A stretch of DNA of 47,845 nt, from the NCBI RefSeq assembly GCF_006345805.1, contig NW_021828070.1, forward strand, positions 1-47,845, written 5' to 3'. Below the pieces are notes generated by a model. It had not been told where the DNA came from. It was given only the letters and a program-made list of their open reading frames with translations, and made no database searches. Both the position numbers and the translations under genes were made by a program. The stretch's first letter is position 1, and each line of letters opens with the position of its first letter. This DNA is from Octopus sinensis (lineage: Eukaryota). Positions 12,800 through 24,794 of the stretch are shown piece after piece.

Positions 12800-14184
12800 T
12801 GTAAGAGAGAAAGAGAAAGAGAGAGAGAGAGAGGGAGAGGAGAGGGAGAGAGAGGGAGAGAGAGGGAGAGAGAGAGAAACAGAGCGAGACTGAGAAAGAG
12901 GGGGGAAACTGACCAGAGAAATCTTCAGCAAACGCTAGTACTTAGCCCTGAAAATTAGTTAACGGTTGGCTAGGTGCATTTTGGTGACCCACATAGGAAT
13001 AATGGCACCATGATGTCTGGGAAATGTGACGGGTTCTTTGTCTAATGGAGGACTGATGGGTTTTGGAATGACCTGTGACCTCGTGTGGTTGATAAGGGGT
13101 CAGTGAGAATGTGAAAGAGGAAGACAGATTAAGGGAATCTAAGAGCAGATGGAGAGGGTATTGACAGTAAGAGAAAAGGGACAGATTAAGGGCTGAGAGC
13201 AAATAGAGATAGGTATAAGCAGTAGGGGACGGATGGAGAGGCTAAGAGACAGCAGGCGATATAAATAGAGTAAGGAATCAGATAGCAAATAGAAAGGCTA
13301 GGAGACAGCAGGCGATATAGATAGGGTATAAGGACCAGGGCAGTTAGAAAGGGTAAGAGCGATATAGACAGAGGGAGATGAGGGGAGTGGAAGAAGGACA
13401 GAGTCGAAGTGAGGTCTGGTAGTTCGCAGTTGGTCGTCAAGAAGGGCAGTCGTTGAGCGGTCGTCGAAGAACACAGACGGATCTTGCAGTCGCTGGCCGG
13501 TCCTCGAAGAAGACAGTGGGATTCTGGAAGTCAGAGCGAGTAGATGGAATCTTAGAAGCGTTGGAATTTTAGGAGCAAGTTGGATGCGAGAACGCTTGGC
13601 GGCACAGAAGGGAATTAGCAGTATTCAGAGGATTTAGCAGTATTGAGAGGAATGGGACACTGGCAGATTCAATTAGGAATTGAGGTATGTGATTGTGTAT
13701 TGAACAGTGAAGAGAACAGTCAGAGACTCTGTCGATATGTCGATTATCGAGTTGTGGTATTTATGTTACAGAATTGAGTAAAGGACTTGTTGATGTGACT
13801 TTATCTGTGATGTTCAGAAAGAGACTTTAAAAGAACTGTTGTCTTCGGACGTGAACTTTGAATTGTACTCTTGAAATGCTGTTGTATTATGCTTCGATCT
13901 GTTGTATTATGTATTGAGTAGTCACGTGCATGTTCCTTTAATGTATTTGATGTTTTAACAATTGTAATTGTCGTATAAACTGTTGTTAAATATAAGCCAG
14001 TGTCTCTGTTGCCTCTGTGCCTCTTTTGGGTGTCTCTCTGGGTTGTGCCTCTGTATCTCTGTGCTGCTGCGGTTGTGGTTGTTGTAGTATCTCCTCTCGT
14101 CTCCTCCTCTTGGGTTCCGTGGCGGAATTTGTGTGCCGTTCGGGGCGAGCGACGACGGCGGGCGATTCCGTCCGTTTCGTAACA
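12800..14184 (+). mobile_element. Probable solo LTR (Gypsy-like)
   Basis: 1385 bp bounded by TGTAAG...CGTAACA (TG..CA). Near-matching 4-bp flanks ACAT/ATAT. TATA-like motifs near 13210-13270 and a GT-rich U5-like 3' part. No ORF. Copy A homology stops at its left edge. Confidence 0.5.
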
Positions 14185-14245
14185 ATATATAGGGATGGTA
14201 TTATATATATATAGGGATGGTATTATTATATATATATAGGGATGG
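14185..14245. repeat. Three tandem copies of ATATATAGGGATGGTATTA
   Basis: Directly visible. Confidence 0.85.
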
Positions 14246-14740
14246 TATTATTAAAATACCATCACGAGTGGTAAGCGAATTATCTACCGTACAGGCAAAT
14301 TAATAAAATATCTACATACAATATTAGATATGTACATGTATACACAAGGGTACTACATGAGTACCTATATCGCTAAAGATAGAAGTCAAAAAATACTTCT
14401 GTACCACCGAATAGTCACAAATCTATTACAGACATGATAGGAAAATATATAAGTGAACAATAATAATGTCTTGCCTCAAATAGGTGAGAACAAGTAAATG
14501 CTGGTCAACCTGGTGCCGGTTTCGAAATTCAACGCCAAATAGGTGCCTGATTTCTTATCAGCCAAAGTCCGTCAGCTAAATTACTACTAATATTCTCCCT
14601 CACCATGACTGCAAAAGTTCGTTTGAAGTGACCAAGTTTCGAAACCGGTGTGCACATTTTGCCACAGAGAACGTAATCGCCTAAAGTGACGTTTAAGGGA
14701 GGCTTTTATCTATAGACATTTGCATACAAATACTTATATA

Positions 14741-14775
<35 letters not shown>

Positions 14776-14814
14776 CCCCTGCATGTATGTGTAGTAATAT
14801 GTATGATATATATT

Positions 14815-15105
14815 GGCGCAGGAGGGGCTGTGTGGTAAGAAGCTTGCTTCCCAATCATATGTTTCTGTGTTCAGTCCCACTGCGTGGCACATTGGGCAAG
14901 TGTCTTCTACAACAGTCTCGGGCCGACGTGAGCCTTGTAAGTGGATTTGGTAGACGAAAACTGAAAGAAGCCCATCGTATACATACATATATGTATGTGT
15001 GTGTTTGTGTGTGTATATACGTATTTGCATGTTTGTGTTCGTCCCCTCCACACCAACCATCATCGTTTGACCACACATCATTTGGTGTGTTTACGTCCCT
15101 GTAGC
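14815..15105 (+). mobile_element. SINE family C (GGCGCAGGAGTGGCTGTGTGGTAAG head, CORE-like TTGGGCAAGTGTCTT, internal (TG)n)
   Basis: Homologous to 35405-35828 and 39228-39636. Confidence 0.85.
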
Positions 15106-15120
15106 ATAGATAGATAGATA

Positions 15121-15419
15121 TGTTTGTTCCTTCTCGAGCCATGCCTAACTCACAAGGGCCGGTTTCCCGGTTTCTTGGCGTATAGGTTCCCCACCTGAAT
15201 GGGACGCCGGTCCGTCGCAGGTGAGCAGCCAGATGCAGGAGGAAAGAGTAAGAGAAAGTGTGGGGCGAAGAGTCAGCAGTAGTTCGCATTACCTTCTGCC
15301 AGAGTCGCTGATCTTAGGTGTTTTCGCTCATAAACCACACATCGTCCGGTCTGAGATGTGAACCCGCGATCCCTCGACCGCGAGTCCGCTGCTCTAACCA
15401 CTAGGCCATGTGCCTCCAC
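15121..15419 (-). mobile_element. tRNA(Arg)-like-headed SINE family B, tail variant 1
   Basis: Head GTGGAGGCACATGGCCTAGTGGTTAGAGCAGCGGACTCGCGG shared with 40493-40873, 41088-41491 and 46847-47145. Confidence 0.85.

Positions 15420-15420
<1 letters not shown>

Positions 15421-15500
<80 letters not shown>
15421..15500. repeat. (GATA)20 at the 3' junction of Tx1-like copy B
   Basis: Perfect 80-bp tract. Confidence 0.98.
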
Positions 15501-15501
<1 letters not shown>

Positions 15502-15794
15502 CTTTTTATTGTAGCCACACAGGGCTAAACACAGAATAAAATGGACGAAATACAATGTAGAATTTTTTCTTTTCGAGGTGGGATGGGTGGGGCAAAAAAA
15601 AAAAAAAAAAAACCTTTGATCAATAGGGATCTGTGGGTTGTGTGGTGTATAAAAAAGCAATATATATATATATATAAAGGTTCACAGTTTAGGTGTAGCC
15701 TTGGAAAGAAAAACCTACAAAAAGACCAAGGTCACCTCAGACAGTTCGAAAAGAACACATGAGTAAGTCGCCTTACTTCTCGTTGTCTCTTTGG

Positions 15795-18700
15795 TTACAG
15801 ATTTATGCTTAAAATAGTGTCGTCTTTCATACTGACCATTTTTGCCACTTTTACCCACTTTTTATTAAAACATTCGTTCGACAAAGCCTTCCTCTCTATT
15901 CTCATCCTCCTTTTCAAGTGGTACTTGAAAAAGTTGACGAGAGACTGACCAGAGAGGAAGGTGTTTGTTTGCAGTCCTTTCAAACGCGTCCACCACACAC
16001 ATTCTTTCGCCATAGCCATCAGCGTAACGAAAACCGTTTTCCTTCCCGTTTAAAGGAAGGTGGTGGAACAATATTCACGATAGACTCGGCCGATAGGCGA
16101 GCCTGACCTACACGTGACAACAGCTGTTCGACGAAGGACCACAGCTCTGAAATATCTGGACACTGCACGAGTGCGTGCAGAACGGTTTCGTCGCTCTGAC
16201 CGCATCTCGGGCAGGTCGGTCCGGTGATGGTTTTCGAACCGTGTCTGTAGCTCTTCTCTCGAACAGGTAGTGCGTCTCGATAGCACTGCCAAGCCAGGGA
16301 TTTCTGGAAGTTATCCATAGGCCCCGGCCCGAACGTCGTCCTGAACAGGCGGGTTAGGAATTCCTCGTCGACGCCCAGGTTTGCCCCGAGTGTGTCGTCG
16401 GACCTCCCCTCCACTAGTCCTCTATAGAACGCTTTAGTCGTTTGGAAGTTGCACAAGTTTGACCCCGTCGGCAGAGCTGCTGTAGAGCTTGGCGACACTC
16501 TCGGTGCCAATCGCCCAGTTTCGGTCTCTTTTTGATCCACGTTTGCAGTTCGGTCAGTGAGACGAGCTGCGGGAAGTCGCGCCTCACAAACGGCGCCCAC
16601 ACCTGTTCACCGTCGTCGATGAATTTCCAGAGATGTCGCAGTCTCAGCGCATGCCTGCGCATCATCAACCACGGCATGCCCAGTCCTCCATTCAACGGAT
16701 GTTGACAGCAAATGGACTTCCTCACCATCGGAACGCCACCCTTCCACAGGAAGCGGAAGAGTATGCGTTCCAGTTTGGTGATGGTGGCGTCGGGACAAGG
16801 TACGACGGTCAGGCGGTAATCGATGACGGATGCGATGTACGCGTTCGCCACCTCCGCCCGGCCTTTTAGAGACAGCTTTCTCTCGGCCCATGTTTGGCTG
16901 AGAGCGACCACTCTACTCGTGATCTCGTCCCAGTTCTTATCCATTTGGAGGTCCGGACTGAACCAGACCCCGAGCAATTTAACCGGTCCGTCCGTCCAGC
17001 GTCCCACTACTGAGCCGCAGTCGGACGGCATGGGCTTGCTTCTCCAGGTGCCGAGTAGCAAACCCACTGACTTTTCCGGGTTAATCTTTGCTCCCGTCAC
17101 CGTTTCATATTTTCTTAGTGTCTCGCCGACCATTCGATGTGCTGGTAGCTCGACACTATGACGGTGACATCGTCCGCATATGCCGACACGCTCGTCCCGC
17201 AACCCAGTTCCCGTGGGATGCCCCTCAGTGTCGCCAGCTTCCGCAGTAGCGGCTCGAGAGTCAATACATACAGAAGCGCCGACAGGGGACACCCCTGACG
17301 GACCGAACGCGTGATGTCAAACGGTTTCGACAGGTGACCGTTCACCCGAATCACCGATCGGATGCCGCTATACAAGGCAGCGATCCAACCGCGGAAGACG
17401 GGACCGAAGCCAGCCGCCCTGAGGACGGCCGCCAAGTACCGATGGTCGACCCTATCGAAGGCTTTAGACTGATCCAAATTTATCAGCGCCCCACCCATGC
17501 CAGGATCCTTAACTACCCTGTCCACAATGTAGCGCATCAGATGGAGGTTGTCATGTATGGTTCTGCCCGGCACGGCGCATGTTTGCGCCCTGTCGACCAG
17601 TTTACCAATGACAAGCGCCAACCTCTCGGCTATTACTTTGGCCAAAATTTTCAAATCTGCGTTGAGCAGAGTGATGGGCCTGAAATTATCTATAAAATTC
17701 CCCTTGTTTGAGTCTTTCTTCAGCAACGTCACTGCACCTCGGCTCACGAAACCGGGGATTCTCCCGTTTTGTTGCCAGTTGCAGTAGACTGATGCCAAGA
17801 GGTCGCCAAACAAGTCTGGCATTCGACAATACAGCTCGTAGGGTAAACCATCCAATCCAGGCGACTTATCCCTCGCGCAGCCCGCCATCGCATCCCACGT
17901 CAGCGGCTGTGATGGGACTTTCACAACACTCCGCCTCTCTTGCCGAGAGCCGCGGCAGGTCGGTCAGGTAGGCACTGAAATCCATCCCTCGTTCCGACCC
18001 ACCACTCGCACCAAACAGTCGAGCAAAGTGCTGTTGAAAGGCCTCACACATCCTTTCGGGTTCGAGTAAACTGCATCCCTGTTGATCTATTAGAGACCGA
18101 ATGGTTGATCTGTTGCCACGCTGCGCCTCCGCTACCCGGGCCTCTCGCGCAGCTTCAATCCCTTCGTTCCTTAAGGCACGCATTTTAGCTCTGACGACGC
18201 AACCTTCGTGCTTGGCGTTGAGGTGTTGGTCGAGGGCCATCCTCGCAGCTAGCACGTTGGTTGCGCTGCCAGTGGTAAGTGCCTCTTCTAGTTTCTTAAC
18301 TAAGTCTCCCTCTACTCTATTTCGTTCTATCGCTAATTCCTTGCTAAACCTAATTGATTCCGATTTTATTGCCATTTTCAGGGCGTACCACCAGCGGTTG
18401 TTAACGACCGCTCCCGTCAGCGCCCTCTTAATTAACTCGCTAATCCGGTTCCTGTAAACCTGTCGCGCTAACAGCGACGTGTTCAGTTTCCAGTAACCGG
18501 GACCCTGCCTATGTGTTTTATCTAAGTCGAGCGTACACGTAACAAATTTGTGATCTGTGTAGCTGACTATTTTAAATTGTGGACATCCTACACTATCCCT
18601 ATCCGCTGTCCTGCATAGAATTCTATCTAGATAAGATCTCGACGATCCGACGCGGTTTGTCCAAGTCCACGTTGGCACGTTCGGATGGTCGAGTCGGAAC

Positions 18701-19239
18701 CTGTCAGACAAATGGAAACGTCTGAGCAGGTCTTTGAGGCTCTTACACCCCCTTCTATTCCTATCCCTTCCCACATAATCTAGATGCGTGTCCAAGGTAG
18801 CGTTCCAATCCCCTACTAACAGTAAAGGTCTAGACGTACCCAGGAAAACCTCTAGACGTCTGAAGAAATCCGCCCGACCCGTTAAGGACGGTGCATAAAC
18901 TGCCATCAGACGGAATGCACACCCATTTCTGCCATCCACGTCCAAGACAACCAGCCTACCCTCCGGGTCTAGGAATATTGCTCTTACTTTTACCTTTAGA
19001 CTCTTTCGAAAAAGCACCGCAGTACCTCCACCACCCATGTTCGGCAGACAGGGAGAAAAATAAATGTCAAATTGATTGCCAAACATGGACTCGAGGGCCC
19101 GCGGCTTACTGAGTCTGGTTTCACTGATAGCTACTATATCCACGTCCAGTGACTTGATGTCGTTTAGAAGGTAACCTTGCTTCCAAGCCGACGCCAAGCC
19201 ACGCGCATTCACACAACCTAATTTAAGCATACTTGACAT
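15795..19239 (-). CDS. ORF2 polyprotein (APE endonuclease, reverse transcriptase, C-terminal Cys/His finger), ~1149 aa after restoring 5 missing bases at 4 frameshifts
   Basis: APE motifs: NARG, SETRL, VYAP, GDWN, YLDRI, TDH. RT motifs: SPGLDG, NFRPITLLNADLKILAK, DQSKAFD, RQGCPLS, YADD. Finger: CPRC..ETVLHALVQC. Frameshifts near 17895, 17132, 16467 and 16036; no in-frame stops. Confidence 0.93.
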
Positions 19240-19440
19240 TTACGAAAATTGTGTTTTACACACTATATTAGAAGAGACAAGAGGCAAGAAGTGAGGTCAC
19301 TTACTCATTTTAAAAGTTTCATTTTTTCTTCTTCTTTTGTATCGTTTTGATGAGGTGTTTGTATAGTTTTTTCGACAGGTATCGTTGATACCCGCCTACC
19401 GCATTCGGAATAATGTTTTCAGTATGTGGTGTTGCTTGTG

Positions 19441-21118
19441 TTATGTGTAAAATTCTGATGTGTTTCGGTGGTGTGGTGTGCGGATGATTGTTTGTCTTAA
19501 ATCATCTTCACAGACGACCATGTTAGATTTGATGTAGTCCATTAATTCTTTATTGTCTGTGTCTATTGCAGTTAGTTGTGTGTGTGGTTTTACGGGTTCA
19601 TTACTTTTTTGATTGTCTAGGGGAATGTTGTCCTGAGTGAGATATCTCCCTGCTTTAATTCCTTGTTTGGTGGATTTTTTGGATCTTTTTTTTTTACCCC
19701 CTGTGGCTATTTGCCATTCCGTCGAACTTTCGTCGTCCGACGGTATCAGTATGGGGTAGAGGAAAAGAACAGGATCACTATGTATGCTTGTATAAATTGT
19801 TGATGTTTTGTGCGGTGTTTGTGTTGTTGTGGTGTTAGGGGTAGCATTTGTCTTCTCGTCAGTGTTTTCTGTCTTTTTAATTGTCGTCCTGGGTGTGGGT
19901 GTGGGTCGATTTTTTGAAGATTCAACAAGTTTAATTGGTTGTGACGTCAACGGTGATTGTGTTGGTACTGTTTTTCTTGGTGATGTTGTTGGTTTGGTTG
20001 TTTTTCTTGGCGTTGTTCCATAATTGAGTGTGTTGGTGTTGGTGTTGGCAACAAAGGGATTTTATTTGTTTTCTGAATTGTTCTTTCTTGTTTTTTCTGT
20101 ACCAGATCGCACTTGGCAATCAAATGTTCGGGGCTGCCACATTTGTAGCATCTAGGCTTTTTGCCTTCTGCCATAACATATAGGCATTGCCCATTCTCCA
20201 AGTATATCTTGTCGGGTAGGCTCTCGATAGAGGCCCCCTCAATCTGGATGGTCAACACTACTGTTTTTCCACCCCAATTGTCGTTTAGGTACACGGCTGT
20301 TTCTAGAATATTGATCTTTTTCAAGTGGTAACAGATTGCCCCTGTTATCCATTTGTTCGGCATATCGGGGGGTACATTTCTGATAGTAATTCTACTCACC
20401 CTCTGGTTTTTATAATAAGGGACCATGATGATTTCATCATTTCCCAGAGACTCAGTAGAGTGAGCTTTTGCCACTTCCTGGTTAGGGAAGCGGACCACTA
20501 CTGTGTTAAACTGGGGACCCCAGTTTATATACTCTTTTTCTTTCATTATGTTTTTTAAACATTTCTCCACATCAGTTTTTGTAATCTGTTCATTTGGTTT
20601 TTTGTTTTTTCTAATAATTTTATATACAATTGTCTTATTTTCTATTTCTTGTTTTATATGTTGAGGTGTATGCAGGACTAAATCTTGTCCACGGGTTGTA
20701 AAGAGAGCTCTTGTTTCTATGAGCTCTTCATTTGTGAATGTAACAATCTCCTTTTTCTGGCGAAGAATATCTGCGAAATTTACTGTTGTTGACTTTTTTG
20801 TATTGGCATCTTCACTATTAGATAGTTCATTTTTATTGTTGTTCTTGTTGTTGCTGTTGTTTTTGTCAATAGTTTTCGTTTCAGTTTTATTTTTATCATT
20901 TATGTTGGTCGTGGTAGTGGTGGTGGTGGTGGTGGAGGTGGTGGTGGTAGCAGTTGTTGTCTCGTGGTTGCTGTTGTTAGTGGTGGTGGTGGCGGTGGTG
21001 ACAGGGCTGTTAACGCACGTGGTTGCAGCGTTCCTTTCACCGAATTTCACGTTGGCATTTTCCGTGCGAACGTTCTTTTTTTCTCTGTCGTTTCCAGACT
21101 AGGAAAATTTTGTTCCAT
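19441..21118 (-). CDS. ORF1 gag-like protein (T/N-rich N-terminus, RRM-like middle, CCHC knuckle, T/P/K-rich C-terminus), ~559 aa after two 1-bp restorations
   Basis: CYKCGSPEHLIAKC knuckle. Probable ATG at 21118 (MEQNFPSL). Frameshifts in the A-run at 21076-21082 and near 20031. The RRM-like label is inference. Confidence 0.85.
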
Positions 21119-21361
21119 AAAAGAACGCGACCAGCGTTCAACAATAAAAGAAATTTCTAGACATTTTCTAATGTCGAGAAGAATACAGAAATGAAATGGG
21201 GGGTCGAAACTGCCCCTAGGGGCGAATTCCTCCCTTGGAAAAGCACTCAAATGAAAGTTGGTTGCCTTCACACCTTATTTGCAAAAATCTACACAAAATT
21301 GGCCTATAAATAGTCAAAATAAATGATTACCTTCGGAGCTGAAACGACATCACATCCGTCA

Positions 21362-21386
21362 ATAGATAGATAGATAGATAGAATAG

Positions 21387-21468
<82 letters not shown>

Positions 21469-21484
21469 GATAGATAGATAGATA
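21362..21484. repeat. Imperfect (GATA)n between copies B and C
   Basis: About 30 units with a few interruptions. Confidence 0.97.
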
Positions 21485-23633
21485 CTTTCTTTTATAGCCA
21501 CACAGGGCTGAATACAGAGGGGACAAATACAAATGCAGAGCTTTTCTTTTCGAGGGTGGAAAAAAATAAAAATGTAAGATTGCGATCAAAAGGGATCGAG
21601 AGGAGGAAAAAAGGAAAAAAAGAAAATCGTGTATCACAGAAATAATGGTGTAAACATTGATATAACAAGATTGGGTTCATCCGTGGAAGAAAAGCCTACA
21701 GAAAAGACCACGGGAACCCCAGTCAGGGAGGAAATAACACATGAGGTCAAAAATGCTCTCTTTCTTTCTTTTTACGATTTACAGGATCATGCTCAAAATG
21801 GTTTCGTTACTAGCACGCACCATCTTTGCAACATTCACCCATCTTTTTTTGAATCTTTCGCGAGACAAAACTTCCCTCTCCATTCTCACCTTCCTTTTCA
21901 AGTGGTACTTGAAAAAGTTGATGAGCGATTGGCCAGAGAGGTAAGTGTTTGTCTCTAATCCTTTCGCTCGAGTCCACCACACACATTCTTTCACCATGGC
22001 CACCAGTACGATGAAAACTGCCTTGCCTTCCGGTTGAGGGAAGGGGGCGGAGCAATTCTCACGATAGACTCGGCCGATAGGCGGATTCGTCCCACACGTG
22101 ACAGCAGCCGTACGGCATAAGCCACAGGTCGGAAATGGTTGGGCATTGCACGAGTGCGTGCAGAACGGTTTCGTCGCTCTGACCGCATCTCGGGCAAGTC
22201 GGTCCAGTGTGTCTGGAACCGTGTCTGTAGAGCTTATCCCGAACAGGTAATGCTTCTCGATAGCACTGCCAGGCCAGGATCTTTGGTGATTGTTCATAGG
22301 TCCCGGCCCGAAAGTTGTCCTGAACAGGCGGGTCAGTGTTCCTCGTCGACGCCCAGACTCTGCCCGAGTTCGTCGTCGCACCTCCCCTCACTAATCCTCT
22401 ATAGAATGCCTTTGTTGTGATGGAGTCGCACAAGTTCGATCCCGGACGGCAGAGTTGCTTGAGAGCAACGCGACACTCGCGGTGCCATTCGCCTAGCTCG
22501 GTCTCTGCTTGATCCATGACTGTAGTTCGTCCAAGGAGACGAGCTGCGGGAAAGCGCGCCGCACAAAAGGCGACCACCCCTGTTCACCGTTGTCTATGAA
22601 GCGCCGGAGATGTCGCAGTCTCAGCGCATGTCTGCGCATCATCAACCACGGCATGCCCAGCCCTCCATTTAGCGGGTGTTGGCAGCAAATGGATCGTCTA
22701 ACCATCGGAACGTTTCCCTTCCACAAGAAGCGGAAGAGTATGCGTTCCAGTTTGGTGATGGTAGGGTCGGGACAAGGCACGACGGTCAGACGATACTCGA
22801 TGACGGATACGATGTGTACGCGTTCGCCACCTCCGCCCGACCTTTTAGGGATAGCTTTCTCTCAGTCCATTTCTGGTGAGAGTAGCCACCCTAGTCGTTA
22901 TCTCGCCCCAGTTCTTCTCCATTTGGAGGTCCGGACCGAACCAGACCCCGAGCAATTTAACCGGTCCGTCCGTCCAGCGTCCCACGATGGAGACGCTGTT
23001 GGACGGCATGGGCTTGCTTCTCCAGGTGCCGAGCCGCAAGCCCACTGACTTTTCCCGGTTAATTTTTGCTCCCGTTACCGCTTCGTATTCTTTCAGTGTC
23101 TCGCCGACCAGCTCGATGTGCTCGTAGCTCGACACTATGACGGTGACGTCATCCGCGTATGCAGACACGCTCCTCCCGCATCCCAGCTCTCGTGGGATGC
23201 CCCTCAGCGTCGCCAGTTTCCGCAGTAGTAGTGACTCAAGAGTCAGTACATACAGCAGCGATGAGAGGGGGCATCCCTGACGAACCGAACGCATGATGTT
23301 AAAAGGTCTGGATAGATGACCATTTACGCGAACTACTGAGCGGATGCCGCTGTATAAGGCAGCGATCCAACCGCGGAAAACTGGACCGAAACAGCCGCTT
23401 TGAGGACAGCCTCCAAGTAGTGATGGTCTACCCTATCGAAGGCTTTTGATTGATCCCAATTGATCAGCGCCCCACCCATGCCAGGATTTTTAACTACCCT
23501 GTCTATGATGTAGCGCATCAGATGGAGGTTGTCATGAATACTTCTACCCGGCACGGCGCATGTTTGCGCCTTGTCGATTAGTTTCTTGATGACAAGCGCC
23601 AACCTCTCGGCTAACACCTTGGCCAAAATTTTC

Positions 23634-23636
<3 letters not shown>
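21485..23636 (-). mobile_element. 5'-truncated Tx1-like copy C (RT to 3' end), frameshifted
   Basis: Begins at LKILAK directly after (TATC)n. Contains DQSKAFD, RQGCPLS, YADD and CPRC finger. Same 3' terminus as copy B. Confidence 0.93.

Positions 23637-23724
<88 letters not shown>
23637..23724. repeat. (GATA)22 at the 5' truncation junction of copy C
   Basis: Perfect tract abutting RT-coding sequence. Confidence 0.98.
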
Positions 23725-23725
<1 letters not shown>

Positions 23726-23981
23726 ACGAAATCGAGAACATTTTATAAATGTTTCGTACAGCAAACGTACAAACGTCTCACTCACAATTATCACCAACAG
23801 CATTGACACAAATAAGAGCGGTCGCTTTCTAAAGCAAGACAATTCAGCCTTGGTGATGTCCATAATTATAATCTGATGTTCTCAGTTAGCCTGTTTTTAG
23901 TCAATTGAGCTTGATTAGTGATTTATTTTTCTTATTGGGGAACAGTCATATAATTCCTTATTGCACCAACTATGCACTCGC

Positions 23982-24015
<34 letters not shown>

Positions 24016-24196
24016 GCACACACATCACATGCAAGCACGCACGCACGCACGCATACACACCCACGTTCAATTTTCAATCAGCTACAACGCCAATACCAAC
24101 ACCATAACCTAAATATTGGTTCCGAATTTATACGCTCAGCGCTTTACAGTTGAATATGATTTTAGATGTATTAGGTTTTATCGGCGTTGTGTGAGG

Positions 24197-24198
<2 letters not shown>

Positions 24199-24228
<30 letters not shown>

Positions 24229-24249
24229 GTATGCATGCATGTATGTGTG

Positions 24250-24280
<31 letters not shown>

Positions 24281-24720
24281 GTATGCATGCATGTATGTAT
24301 GTATGTATGTATGTATGTATGTATGTATGCATGCATGTATGTATGTATGTATATGCATGCATGCATGCATGCATGTATGTATGTATGTATGTATGTATGT
24401 ATGTATGTATGCAGGCATGCATGCATGTATGTATGTATGTATATATATATATGCATGCATGCATGCATGTATGTATGTATGTATATATGTATATATGTAT
24501 GTATGTATGTATGTATGCATGTTTGTCATTATTCAGTTTTATTTCAAGATTTCTTGCCAATAGGGAAAGAGCCGGTTTCTAACCTAGATTCAAGACTCCT
24601 ACATTCGAATTTCTACATCAACAACAGGATACGTTTATGTATGTATGTATGTATGTATGTATGTATGTATGTATGTATGTATGTATGTATGTATGTATGT
24701 GTGTGTGTGTATGTATGCAT
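24199..24720. repeat. (TATG)n/(CATG)n tetranucleotide tracts
   Basis: Two visible blocks, ~24199-24520 and ~24637-24720. Confidence 0.95.
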
Positions 24721-24794
24721 ATGTGCAGATTTGTATGTTATTTTTATGTATGTATTCTCATGTATATAGCTGCATGTGTAGACATGCTCACATA

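Larger units (their letters stand above)
15501..21361 (-). mobile_element. Near-full-length Tx1/L1-clade non-LTR retrotransposon, copy B (5' UTR, ORF1, ~200-bp spacer, ORF2, 3' UTR)
   Basis: Two-ORF layout: gag-like CCHC ORF1 and APE-RT-zinc finger ORF2. Ends AATAAAAAGT then (TATC)n. Starts directly after (TATC)n. Confidence 0.95.

Noticed and set aside
14515-14650. CCGGTTTCGAAA / TTTCGAAACCGG inverted pair, possibly a Penelope-type hairpin remnant
   Set aside because: Only 12 bp, no ribozyme core, no second copy in the window.
15340-15419. tRNA-like sequences at SINE heads (also 26283, 32210, 40800-40873, 41088, 46847)
   Set aside because: No complete acceptor stem; they continue into SINE bodies with TSDs, so they are not tRNA genes.
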